DNA from: Haplodiscus bocki
Lineage: Eukaryota
Assembly (NCBI GenBank): GCA_965655095.1
Contig: OZ296650.1
Coordinates: 63,488,001-63,552,000, forward strand
Direction of reading: 5' to 3'
DNA: 64,000 nt
The notes under the pieces: generated by a model
Database searches by the model: none
Seen by the model: the letters and a program-made list of their open reading frames with translations, nothing else
What the model was told of the DNA's origin: nothing
Shown here: piece after piece, positions 42,102 through 54,120 of the stretch
How positions within the stretch are numbered: the stretch's first letter is position 1
Layout: each line of letters starts with the position of its first letter
Program-made: the position numbers and the translations under genes

Positions 42102-42945
42102 TTCCCCCTTCTTTTGGAAAGGACATTCCCAGGCTCAACTTTCTTTTCTGCCTTCGCGGAGGTGATGGCTGCGGTGAGGGACTCGATGATAGGACGTAGA
42201 TCCTCCAGGGTTCATCTTCGGATTCAAACGTTTCGCCCAGGGGAGATGTCCAGTAGAACCGTCGTGGCTCGTCTTCCGAGTAGAAAGTGTTGTCGTCAGT
42301 TGTGGTATGGGGCGTTTCCCAACTGTTATACGCACTGAAATTCATGGGTGGTGTTGAGATGGGCCATGGCAGTGACGGCTCAGGTGATTCCGGGCTGTAT
42401 TGTTTGTTGTTGTCCTGTGTTTGCGTTACAATTGCCATTGTATTGAGGATATTAAAAGGATTGGGCGGCAGGTTCAAGTCGTTCAGGCTTGGGGGAACAA
42501 TCAGGAGCTGCCGTCCAAATCCATATGGCATCGTAGGCTCATTGGAATTGTCATCTATTGTGAAGATTTGTGTTTCTGGGGATGCTATTGACGATATTGA
42601 GGGCATCCGTGCCGTGTGCTGTTCGGATGTCTCGGTTGAGTTGAGAATATTGGGCGTATTGTGTCTTTGCGGACTAAGTTCACTTGAGCTTTGTTCCACA
42701 TAGAACACATCAGAGTCATTAGAAGCCATCGAAATATTTGAAGTCATTTTACTGATCAAGATTATGAATTGCTGAAGCAGGTAACTGATATCGGAAAATG
42801 AAAATGGAAGAGTGATCGGTATCGCGGGTAATACGAGTGCACTTTCCTGGAGCGGGATTTCGTTTGGTGTTCCCGCGCCGCTGCTCTGCATCATTGGAAG
42901 GTAGGAAATCAAGAGTTCAGTCGAAGTTAAATGAGATGTAAACAA
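42022..42945 (-). CDS. Accessory S/P/T-rich ORF of the gypsy element, crossing the PPT into U3
   Basis: 307 open codons. The C-terminal RQKRKLSLGMSFPKEGG is conserved in copy A (..MGMSFHKEGE). No recognisable domain. Confidence 0.45.
   Translation of the reverse strand: MFTSHLTSTELLISYLPMMQSSGAGTPNEIPLQESALVLPAIPITLPFSFSDISYLLQQFIILISKMTSNISMASNDSDVFYVEQSSSELSPQRHNTPNILNSTETSEQHTARMPSISSIASPETQIFTIDDNSNEPTMPYGFGRQLLIVPPSLNDLNLPPNPFNILNTMAIVTQTQDNNKQYSPESPEPSLPWPISTPPMNFSAYNSWETPHTTTDDNTFYSEDEPRRFYWTSPLGETFESEDEPWRIYVLSSSPSPQPSPPRRQKRKLSLGMSFPKEGGMSQHICKACGRTISSTKDIPGPSRRK
42102..42115 (-). promoter_or_regulatory. Polypurine tract
   Basis: AAAAGAAGGGGGAA lies directly before the LTR TG. The equivalent tract in copy A is at ~2044-2057. 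Confidence 0.9.
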
Positions 42946-43884
42946 AACTCAAAAAGGAGTTTCTAATTTTAAGGAATACTTGAGTATGATTCCTCAAAGT
43001 GTCCTTGAAAATGCATGCTGACGTCATTGCTGGCAGACAAATTAATCAAGCTTTTGGATAAAATAATTAGGAATTTTATGAATAAATATGTAAATCCATA
43101 ATGTAAAATTGTAAAATTATTAGCTCATTTGCCACGTCGTTCAATATTGCCAAAAATGAGTAATTCCGAGAGAGAGGTAGGAAGCAATCCCCTTTTGGTG
43201 GGAGTATTGCGAGTGACGAGCCAGAACTGGCAATTGATGAGGGTGTCCCCGAGAGCAACGTTGTCCCGATTTTGCAATTTGTCCCCAATTCGAATGTCAG
43301 CATCCAAGAAGGAGAGGAGTGCGTGAGGAGATTGTTGGAGGAGATCGAGGCAAGCGATAGTCGAACTGAAGAGGCGAGTGAAGGAGAGAGTTTCAGTGAC
43401 ATCATGGGCAGTCTGGAGGAAGAAGTTGAAGTGAGTCAGAGGGATTGACTTTGGTTGACATTCTGCGGCGTGCAGATCCGTTGTCAGAAACTGTTCTGGA
43501 GGGTATGGTCGGTGTTCCTGATTTGCCATTGTGTTAGTCATCATTCCTCATATTCCTTTAGCTTTGTTTTGAGGAGTAATATAGTGGCCATCTATATTCT
43601 CCTTGAGCTAGTATACAGCGCGCGCTTCTTCATGAAGATGGCATCATGGGGCTTTTGGTTTTAGTGTTTGGGTCTTCGGGAGAGCTTGATGATCGCCCTC
43701 ATGAAACGGAAAGTGGTGTTCCGGTGAGTTTGGGCACCAAATTTGTTGTGGGGCGCTCTATGTCCTATGAGGAGGTTACTGGCGCTTCTACTGGTGCTCT
43801 CATGGAAATTTTGTCAAGTTTGTAGCATTATTGTGCTGTCTTTTGGCAAATTGACGACCGTCCATTATGAACTCTCTTTTCCAG

Positions 43885-46800
43885 GTGAAACTAGTGATGG
43901 TCCATGTTTTTCTGAGACTGGCGATGTGTCAACGGAGGCTGAGGTGAGGCGCTCGAGAAGGCGAAAGCAGGCCGTCATCACGCGTCGTCTTGTTCAGCTG
44001 TCGGGTCAGGAGCCGGACCCAGTTGATTTCGGGAGCCACGAGCGGAGCCGAGTGATGCTGGAGCAGGCCTTTGACGATGGTATTGTTGAATTCAAATGAC
44101 GATACTCTCGGTTTGATTCCTTGTGGGTTCCTCATTTGTTGAACTGTTTACACCATTTTGCTGTTGATCTTGCCACCACTCCCGTGAATGCTACTGGTCA
44201 TCAGCTGGTGACATTATGCCGCTCGGTCTGCGCTGAAGAAAGAGCACCGATTTTGGACCCGCTGATGGGAAGTAAGTGTTTCTCCATGCGTTTTATGAGT
44301 TTTTTATTTTTAGCCTTCTTCTCCTTCACCGTATTTTCTTGTTCACAGAATTAGATGTTGTTCTCCAACATTTGGGGCAGAGTACTGCACGTCCTGGTGT
44401 GCATGCTGTTGAGACGAGTGACTCGAGTGCCGATGAGTCAGAGGTCAGTCACTCCCGTCGTCGTGTGCGTTCGAAGCGCACATTCAAAATGAAGAAGGTG
44501 TGGGGAGCGAACGAAGTGGGTCAGTTTTTCGTGACTGGGGCTACTGACGCAGCTGGCAAACCGAGCCATTTCTATTGTCGGGTCTGTCGCAAAGATGTCT
44601 CGGTGCTGACGCATGGCCCTCATGAGATCTTGCGACACTATCAGTGGGTGAAGCATTTTGCCCGTGACCAGCGATCGAGGCTGGAAACTCCTGGGTGGCG
44701 AGTCTTGGATTTCGAAATAAACCCCCTCAGTGAGAACGAACTGGAGCGGCGACGAGAGCATATCCTTCGAGGTCCTCTGGTAGTTCGGGATCGCGAGTAT
44801 CCCTCTGCTGAGGATCTCATCATAGACGAGTCTGGGGCCCCTGATGCGACACTGCCAGTGGTTGCCAAGGTGTCGTCGCTAATTGAGACTCTACGACTGG
44901 GCGGACCATACGAGCTGGTGAGTCAGTTGTGGTCACAGTTCACGCTGATTGCTAGCCGGGTGAACATTGAAGTTGCATGGTCCCGGGACGAGGTGTTGGT
45001 TGGTATCGTCCTGCTTGTTATCACCACGCATACGTGTTGACTGGCTTATTGGTGCTGTGTTTTAGCCGACCATCTTGAACGGAATGTTCCCCCGCATTCT
45101 TGCTCGAGTCTTTGGCTGGGTCAAGAGTCATGGGAGGTGCAGCATTGAATTCGAGGAGCGCGGTTCCGAGATCTGGATCATGGTGCGGACGTGGGAGAGG
45201 TCCACATTTCGACGTGTGTGTGTTGCCGTGCTGAACCGGTTTAGTGCCAACCCCACCTTGGAGGCGACAGTTTTGGTCAAAAATGTGGATGCTGCTGGTG
45301 CTGATGCTGCTGTGGTGTCTCTTCACTGAGGTCCTCATGTGCTAGCCGAGGCATTCGCGAATTATCTTGGAAGTGGGTGCCAGACAAAACTAATTGAATA
45401 CCCCACATTTGATCTGCGGCTAAAGAAGCGTTGCCTCCAGCGCACTGCTTCGTTTGTCTATGGGAGCCTCGACCCGTTCTCACTGACTGAATTTATTGTG
45501 AACCGCCTGAAAGGAGCAGAAACTCGAGACTGGATGGCTTCTCGTCCAGCTTTGCGCAAGGCCATCATCACCAATGAGCTGTCCATGCCGGGCCTTGTTG
45601 ATGTGGTGGCGAACATTGTTGGGGTATGGCCCTTGATTGTATCATACCTCAAAGAGACTGGCCGAAGAGACGAAGGAGATAGACTTGTGGTAAGGTCCTT
45701 CCTTGTGGGCATTTGCCTTCTCCATCAAAGTGTGCCATCACCCTTTGTTGTTTTTAGAAGAAGGGGATGGACGGGTAGCTGTACCAAGACCAGCTTGCCA
45801 GGATGAAGTTCAGGCTGTTTCATCTCCTTCTAGAAATCTGTAAGTATCATCATCACGTTGCTTTTATGATACGTGTTGGTACGTAGTGGCTCCGGATTAT
45901 GTATGCAAGTTTATCGGAGCACACTCGTTTTGTTCCGCTTTGGTTTAATGTTTGCTTGCTGGTGAAATTTGTCATTGGAGCAGGGCGCAGTCAATGTCGC
46001 CCTGTCTGTGATACATGTTTCTGTTTCATCCATCGTCAGACAGCACATGACTATGGGTACCACAGGTTTGGTGAACTGGCTCGGTTCACCTACTGTCTGC
46101 TACAGAAGATCAAGCAGGGATCCTCTTCGCCGCTTGTGGAGCAGTGGGATGAATATGTAATGCTCAATCACTCCAAGTTTCCTGCAGTTTCTGATCGGGA
46201 GTTTCTAGCCGGGACACGGGTGTTGGCAGCTCTCAACAAGATCGGGAGTTCATACTTGAAGCGGGAATTTCAACGTGATGCCCGTGGATTTTTGGAAGAG
46301 TTTACCACCTCAGTGCTGTCAACTGTGGCTGCCCGCTCAAATCTTGGACAGGGTTTGAGCTGTTTCTGTCCAGCGATCGTCATCGGGGGTGACGATCATG
46401 CGCCACTTCATTTGCTGGGTCTTCTGCTCGATGGTCTGTTGGAGCGCGGATGGGTCAAGGGCAGTGAGATCGAGGCTTGCCGGTCTGAATACCAGTCCCT
46501 CGTTCAGGAGCGACGACAGCTGGAGCGGTCTTCAACGAGGAGCCGCCCTGACATAGGTGATGTCCTGTCGTTCTGCTGTTCGCAGGCTGGTTTCCGTGCT
46601 CGTCCTCATCTGGTTAAAGTGTGTATCGTGACCAATGTGGTAAAGTTTTACGATGGTTATTTGGAAAACACTGATTTTGCTTTTCAGGTTTTCCAGTTGA
46701 CAGCTCTCATTGTGCGCGGACCAATGACTTGTGGTAACTTGTGGTAGGCGGTTCAGCATCAATCTGGATCGGTTGATGATTTGTAAGGATGAGGTGCAAA

Positions 46801-47408
46801 GTGCGATCCTTAGCGTACAGGACTTTGTGAGGAGTCCGCATTTCACGCAGCGGAGCTTCTTTTCAGACTCAGGGATTGCCATGTTGACTGAGTCTGCAGC
46901 TATCTCTGACAGGATCACACACAGCGCTGTCTTCGAGCCATGGAGCCACGTGGAGACTACGTCGCGTTCTCAGGTGGTAGCTGACGTCTGTGGGTGTGTG
47001 AGTGAGGCTCTTGATCGGCGGAGGATGTTGAAGGACTCACAAGAGCAGTGGTATGCGGTGGGTGGAGTCAGGCCGTCATCCGAGGGTTTGACATCGCGAT
47101 CCGGTGTGAGGATCTTCAATGTTGTAGAAGAGGGACGGGTGGAGTATGTCCCTGTGAGAGCTCCTTCAAATAGTGTTCCAGGTCCCAGCAACTTGCGTGC
47201 TTCTTCGGGGAAAATTAGAAAGAGGAGCATCAGTCGAAGCCCTATGAAAAGACGCTTCGAGATTTCAAGTCCGCTTCCAGCCTTGCAGCAACATCGTCTT
47301 GATGAGGATATGGGTTTTTTTCCGCTTTTGACCGCCAGCAATCCTGCAAGAAGTCGCGGCGTAGTGAGAGAAAGCGAAGAGCCGCTCCTGTGTTCCAGGG
47401 TGGACTGA
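43885..47408 (+). pseudogene. Multi-exon gene with a BED-type zinc finger (possibly hAT-transposase-derived), antisense to gag-pol; disrupted
   Basis: FYCRVCRKDVSVLTHGPHEILRHYQWVKH finger. Frame-compatible GT-AG introns at 44272-44348, 44999-45065, 45690-45757 and 46619-46687; a further donor at 45840 has an unresolved acceptor. In-frame stops at 44097, 45327 and ~45776, plus a 10-bp duplication frameshift ~46737. Confidence 0.75.
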
Positions 47409-47489
47409 CATAATTGATATGTCGTCTCCGACTTCGGGTGTTGCTCTGTACCCTTTGTTGCTGTTATCGATTGTCATCATCATTGTGAA

Positions 47490-47790
47490 ACTGTTTCGCC
47501 TCTTTTAGTTGTATATTGATATCTATTTAGTCGATTAGTCAAGTGAAAATAAGAAAACAAAAGATAATGAATAGTCAATGAAATAAAGTCGGCCTGTGTA
47601 GAGTAACAGAATATCGGTGAATTTATTAGTAGTGACCGTGTTTTTGGAGTGGTCAAGACTGAGTAGCAGGTGAGTTAGTCGCCAGGAATTATCCAAAATG
47701 GAATATGTGAGAAATTTGGACTGGCACGTAAGTGCCACGTAGCGCGCTCCTTGATTTTGTGGAACGGCTACGTGCGCGTTACGTGGGACA
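47490..47790 (-). repeat. LTR-like terminus of an inserted second element
   Basis: Begins TGTCCCAC on the minus strand, like the TGTCCCAG/TGTCGCA LTR starts, and is ACGT-rich. It sits 20 bp after the pol stop and holds a plus-strand AATAAA (~47582) that could serve the antisense gene. Confidence 0.5.
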
Positions 47791-47809
47791 CACTTGTTGA
47801 GCGGACAAG

Positions 47810-50800
47810 CTAATATCGGTAGTCGCCGTTGCAGTTAGGCTTCGGGTTATGAAGCAAGTTGTATTTGGAGCTGCGGGGGTTGGTCGGACTATTTTGCGGT
47901 TGTTCCGAGCTTGTCCCCACATCAGGTTCCATATGTGGACAAGTATCTGTTACGTCACTGACGTCGTCTGTGCAGGGGAAAATCTCTGGGGAACACACAT
48001 GTGGCTCTCCTGGTGTGTTCCTCATTTACGCCCTTGAAAAATCAGACTGTACTGGAATTTCTTGTGAATTGGTTGGTGCCTCATTATCATTCTCGGCGTC
48101 AAAAATTGGCTGCTCATAATCGCACTCCCACGCTCTTGGATATAAATCGTCATGATTAAGACTCACTTCAGGATCGGATTTGTATTCTTGCGGCTTGACT
48201 GTTATGTCAGCTAGTGGTCGGCGGGGTGTGAACTGACGCATTCTCATCCGATGAAGCACTTGCGTCTTGTTGGTGCCGAATTCCCAAATTTAAATCTAGT
48301 ACATTGTATGGAATTCTGCCATGAAACACTCGGCTTGGCTCACAGCCAATACTGGTGTGGTAGGAAGTGTTATAATTGAGAACTGCAATGTTAATGTATT
48401 TGTGCCAAAGTGATCTCCGCTCGCCTGTCTCAATCTTCAATGCTTGCTTGATTGACGCGTGAGATCGCTCAAGTAGCCCAATTGTTTGAGCGTGCTTTGT
48501 AGTGGCGTGCTTTAGAGTGATGCCAAGGACGCCGGCCACTTCTTTAATTACATGTAACATAAAGGCTGTTCTTTTATCTGAGATGTGCGTCGTGGGTAAG
48601 TAGGCGTGCTTAGTCATAATGATAATTAGGACTTTAGCAATTGTTTTGGCGTCCTGATTTGATGTCGGGTATGCAAATAAATAGCGGGAAAACACATCCA
48701 TAGCTGTCACAATGTTTTCCTAGCCACCAGATGGCGGTAATTCCGGCACCAAATCAATTTGCATGGCATCTTCGGCCGCAGTAAAGTGTTCGTTTGGGTT
48801 TTGCAGGGGAGGGCGGGTGAGACTACGATGAATACGTGATTCTCTAATACTTTGCTCACATGACATAACGCACTCCCTGATTAATTGCGCCATTTTCGGA
48901 AAATAATATTTTTCCCTGCAAGCAATTATTGTTTTAAAAATTCCTGGGTGCTTGCCAAATTCCCCATGCAGGCTGTGTTGAACTTTTTTACCTAATTGCT
49001 TGGGAATGAGAATTTGGTAGTATTTGACGCTACTTGTTTCTCCAAAATATTTTCTAAACAATAGGCCATCTCTAAGAATTATGCGGTCTTCATTTGCTTT
49101 GTAATTTTTGTATCGTGAGTCTGTTATCATTAGCACTTCATCGTACGGTTTGCCTAAGATTCTCAATTTCATGTTTTTCAGCACAAAATCAACGTCCTGC
49201 TCTACTCGTATTCTTGCATTTGCTTTAATTCCGTTCATGGAGTACGACGCAGTGTTTCTGTCGATCTTTACGAATTCTTTCACACTTGTCTTTAAGGCGG
49301 GTGATTCTCCATTCGCGGCCCATTGCTTCGCATTTTGTCGCGACTGCTCTTTTCGTTCAAGGGTTTGTTCTTCTGACTCTTTACCGTCGTCTGCGTGTGT
49401 GAAGAAAATTTGTTCTTCATCGGCGACATCAGAGGAAGAGGTGGTCACCTCAATGTGTGTTATTTGGATATCCTCCCTGATTTTGAGACGTATCTTCTCC
49501 GTAACTTTAAGTTCAAGTCTGGAGAGAAAATCAGCTGCAGTGTTGACTGATCCAGCAATATGTGCTATTCTGAAGTTGAATTGCAATACGTAATCACATG
49601 CATTCCACAGTGCTGGTGGGATTGCCTTTGTTTGGAAAAAGCGGGTAACTGATTTGTTGTCTGTCAAGACAATTGTTGGCTTTGTTGCTTGCCACAGAAT
49701 GTGTTCAAAGTCAAGAATTGCCATATAGATTGTCAAAAGTTCTTTTGAGTATATGGACATCTTCAGTTGTGCAGGGGAGAAAATTTTTGAGCCGAATGCC
49801 ACGGGGGCATACGTTTTCCGCTTTGACTGTATTTTCTGATCGGGATTGTCCTCAATCATTAGGGCGTCTCCGGCACTTCTGAAGCTGGCATTTGTCATTA
49901 AGACGAGTTGCTTTCCTGGAACGGGTTGTTTCAGTGCTAATTCACACGCATCACTGAGAGCTTTTTTGACTGAATCAAATGTTTCTTTCAATTCTGACGT
50001 TATATTGACTGGCACTTCCGTTTTCAGCAATTTATAGAACGAATTGAGTTTTTCAGCCATTCTGGGAATATAATTTCTGTAGTAGTTCACGAAACCCAGA
50101 TAGCGCTGTAATGCCTTTTTTGATTTGGGGAATCTGAGTTTACCAAGGAAATTTTGAATTTTCCGAGCTTGCGGTGAGATTCCTTCTGGTGAAATTGTTC
50201 GTCCTAGGAGCTCAACTTGTCGGACTTCAAAATGACATTTCTCAATTGTCAGTTTCAATCCTGCTTAGCGGATGCACTTGAAGACTGCTCGGATGTTCCC
50301 GGTAAGGTCCATAGCGTTATTGGTTGCAATTCCAATGTCGTCTAAGTATTGAGCACATTGGTCAGCTTCGACAACTGCGTCCAGGTACTCACGCATGAAA
50401 CTTGAAAAAGCAGACACAGATCTGCTAAGACCTTGTGCAAGTCTTTTGTAGGCGAAAGTTCTGCTGGCAAAATTGAATGCAAGCATTTCCACTGAGCGTT
50501 GGTCCGCCATCTGCAAACGGTGATAAGCTTGGGGGCAGTCTAGTTTGCAGAACAGTGACTTCCCGGCCAAGTGTTGTGCTGCGTCTGACAGAGTGCTAAC
50601 TGGATGATTGTTGTTAGTATAGTCATCTGCAATCAGACTGTTGATTTTTCGTAGGTCCACAAGGAGACGTAAATTTCCGTTGGGCTTCCTTTGTGCAAAT
50701 ATGGGGCTCGTGTACTTGGAGAAAGGCAGTACTCTGACGATTCCATATTTGTGCATTAGGGCTAATTCGACAATTAGGTTTTCTTAAAGGTGGATTGGCA

Positions 50801-52393
50801 TTGGTAGACTTTGGCTATATACAGCTTTATCGTCTTTGGGTATTATTTTCACCTTGAACTCCGTGTTCATCCCAATATCCAGTCTGTGTCTGGCGAAAAT
50901 TGCGCGATAATCAACCAGAATATCTTCAATTGCTTGTTTTTCCGTTTCAGTAAGAAGTGTATCAGTCCAATCAAAACGTTTGAGAAACTTTGTTCCAGAT
51001 TCTGTGCCCTCTTGTGGATTAAGTTTTTCCTTGTCTTTCAGTTCATTCAATTCTTCGAGGATTCTTGTTTGTATTGGGGTATGATCCTCAGGCTTTCCAG
51101 GATTTTCAGGTGTTGGGAACCAGAATGTGTTTTCTTGCTGCTCGGGTTTGTTCGTTCTGAGAAGTTCATTTAGGTAGGCAGTCAGGTCAGGATCGTCTTG
51201 TGGAATCATACTAAGGATTGCCCTATCTCCTGGTTTGATGTGCTTGGATTGCTCCGGAGTAACCACGGAGAATTCTGCAATCTGAGTGTGTTTTTTAATG
51301 AGATATGGTGATTCTGTTGTGTTGGTCACTCTGACTGCTATTCTTTTGTCAATTATCGTCGACATTGAGTGGGATATCAGCAAATTTGCTGTTTCCGTAA
51401 ACTTCTCCAACGGTGTCACAGTGCCTGTAGTATTCCATTTTGATGGATGGTCAATGAAGGCTGTGATTGTTTTTGTCGTCCTTGGTGGTATGGTCGGGGC
51501 TTCGTCAGTGATGACTGGTTGTGGTTTGGTGGTTGTCTCATTTGAGCCTGCTTTAACTTGCATCGTCAAGTGGGGAAAATGTATGAGTCCGTGTGTCGTG
51601 TCAATGACTACACTGTTGTTCCTCATAAAATGCAATCCAATTTTTGGCCCCGTTAATTTCTTCATTACGACGAAGTGTTCAGCGAATGATTTATCTCCAA
51701 TTTCAATTTTTAGTGTGGCTGTTGATAATGGTTTCTCTAACTGGCCATTGGCTACTTGTATTTGGAAATTGGGAGTGTCGTCGATTTTGAGAATGTTATT
51801 CGGGCTTTCTGTTTGAATGTTTCCAAGTCATCCTGGACGACTGCGCTGACAAATGTTCCTGAGTCCACCAGAGCGTCTACCGTCAGATTATTTTCATAAT
51901 GCAGAGGCACGTAGAGCATTTCTTGTTTCCTTTTCAAGACTACTGTGGACGTTAATGGGAGATATATTTCATTTGTTTGTTCGTCTCGCACCAGCCCTTC
52001 TTCAATTAGTGGTGTTGCAATGGTGAGAGAGGAAGTTGTTGTATCTCCCCTAAGAGTAGTCACTACGTGCTGTTCTGCATTTTGGGTATTGGTAGAATTC
52101 TTGGAGCAGTCAAGGAACGGTACTAGCTCATTCCCTGTTTGAATACCTGGAGGGTGTTCCGTGGCGTCCACGTGTTTCTGTAGTTTTGTTCCCCTGGGTG
52201 GCGACGTTTGACTTGCTACATTTGTCCTAAAAGTTGAGTCATTAGTAGTATTCTTTAATTTATCTTGGTTTGTATCGTTCTCCGTAGGCTGCTGCCAGAC
52301 AACATCGGGAATTGGTGGAAGTTTAGATTTTTCATTTGTCTCCGGTCTGACGCATGCTGGTCCGGAGTGAAGACGTGGCGTTTTTAGTTTAAG
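47810..52393 (-). pseudogene. pol: gypsy pol (protease, RT, RNase H, integrase), broken by stops and frameshifts
   Basis: ALVDSG protease. LRLLVDLRKIN, KLDCPQAY and YLDD for RT. TNAS (catalytic D to N), TDNKS and ADFLSR for RNase H. HHCC remnant, DLV, MDVFSR, SDK and GLLERSH for integrase. Apparent deletion near 48260. Confidence 0.95.
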
Positions 52394-54120
52394 GCTTGGG
52401 CTGCAGCTTGGACATTTCCATCTGAGATGTTTTGAGCATCATTTTGCCGGCTTTGGTTCTGTCCTTCTGGCCGTCTATTTCGTGGAGGCGGTCTTTTCGC
52501 TGCGTTTGCTCCAAGATAGCAATTCTCTGTTGGAGTGGATAGTTCTACCACATGTCTCACACGGTGGGAAGACAGGTCTGGATCTTCTGTCTCTTTGATT
52601 TTTTATATTGCTTCCTTTGGTTTTGTTTGCAACTTTGTTGTTGTTGTTGGGGTTAGAATTTGTTTGGGCACTTCCGTTGTTGTTGTGGGCACTATTTGTG
52701 TTGTTTCGCGTTTGGTCTTTTTCTCGTTTGAGTTGACGACACTAATTTTGATAGTGACCCGGTTTTTAAAATGGTGGTACGTTGGTCTGGACTTGTTAGA
52801 GTTTTGCTGTGGGGCTTGTTGCGTCACAGTGTTTATGGGCGTTTCGTCTGGAGCTTCTAAACCATTTATTTCTATCTCCCTTTCAAGATGCGATACAATC
52901 TGTTCATACGTGCTGTTTTCCAGATGCGCTTTGTTGATTGATTTCTTCAGGTGAAGGGGCATTCTGGCATAGATGAAATGCTCGATAATCGCTTGGGCTG
53001 CAACTCCGAATGCGTCTTTCGTCAATTTCTGGAGTTCATCTAGAAAATCGATTAACTTCTGGTTAGCGGGGTTAAAGACCAGCCGTTGAAACTTTTGTTT
53101 TGCTGTGGCCATTGACTGGAGTTTCACGTACTTTCTACGGAACACAGTCAGGATTTCTCCCAAATTCTCTCTGTTGGGGCTAGTGATGTTTTTGAAAGTC
53201 TGTAGAGCATCAACGCGCAGGAGAGAGTGGAAGTATTTTATCTTGTGTTCTTCTGTCAGTCCATTGTGGATTTTCAGACTCATTTGGAATAGATCCTCAA
53301 ACAATTCGAATTTCTCTGGTTTTCCATCAAACATAGGCATCGTTTTTGTAGGGGATTTAGGCAATTTTGAGATTCGGCTAATATTTTTGTTGAAATTGGC
53401 TGAGTTGGAGTTCGTCGCCAATTGCTGAAGGGCCAACAAAATCTGGTCTGCTTCAATTGTCGCGGGGGTATTCTCACTGCGGAATTGAGGTTGACTTGTG
53501 GAACGCGCCTTCTTCTTTTTGCCTGACGAAGTAGTAGGGGAGCAGTAGGGAATCTCTTCTTGAGTTGCTGTCATCATGTGAGGGTTGTGACAAATCTCTT
53601 CTGTGGCTCCTGTCACCATGTGAGGATAGTGACGAATTTCTTCTGGACCTCCTGTCACCATGTGAGGATAGTGATGAATTTCTTCCGGACTTCCTGTCAC
53701 CATGTGATGATAGGTTCCCGTCACCATGTCTGCCTCAGAACTATTGAGTTGTCCTGAGTGGTGAGGAAAATACCCCCCTTCGGGATAAGGATCGTTTGGG
53801 AAGCGATCCCCATGAGTTTCCCGGTTTTCTAAATTAGAGTTTCTGGACGTTCCGTGAGTGGCTACCGAACAAGTCCGAACTTGTGGATTAAGAAGAAACT
53901 CGTCAAGTTTCGATAAGGCACCCAAGATGCGCGACTCCGTTTTGTTAAATTCCTTAGAAAGTTTCTTGGTTACCCTCCCTTCAATCTCCTCGGAAACTTG
54001 GGAGATGTAATCCTGGGTAGACTCAGGGTCAAGCACATTCCTTCCTCTGCTGCCTCTACTGCCTTCAGGCGTTTCTCTTGAAACTGCCGCTAACTTTTTC
54101 TTGTTTCTCAACGTTGCCAT
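52384..54120 (-). pseudogene. gag: gypsy gag (starts inside the 5' LTR; frameshifted near the zinc knuckles)
   Basis: 505-aa ORF with the capsid-like FDGKPEKFELFEDLF. Decayed CCHC knuckles ~52770 and ~52550. Stop at 52386-52384 is preceded by the slippery-like C TTA AAC. Confidence 0.9.
53560..53730 (-). repeat. In-frame 42-bp tandem repeat (HMVTGxxEEIxHYP) at the LTR end
   Basis: TGTCAC/TGTCAT recurs at plus-strand 53569, 53611, 53653 and 53695, an exact 42-bp period. Confidence 0.95.

Noticed and set aside
51250-51560. dUTPase domain between protease and RT
   Set aside because: The spacer is beta-rich, but the conserved dUTPase motifs are not recognisable.
53560-53730. CRISPR-like repeat-spacer array
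   Set aside because: Eukaryotic context with no cas genes. The 'spacers' are homologous to each other and coding, so it is a tandem repeat.
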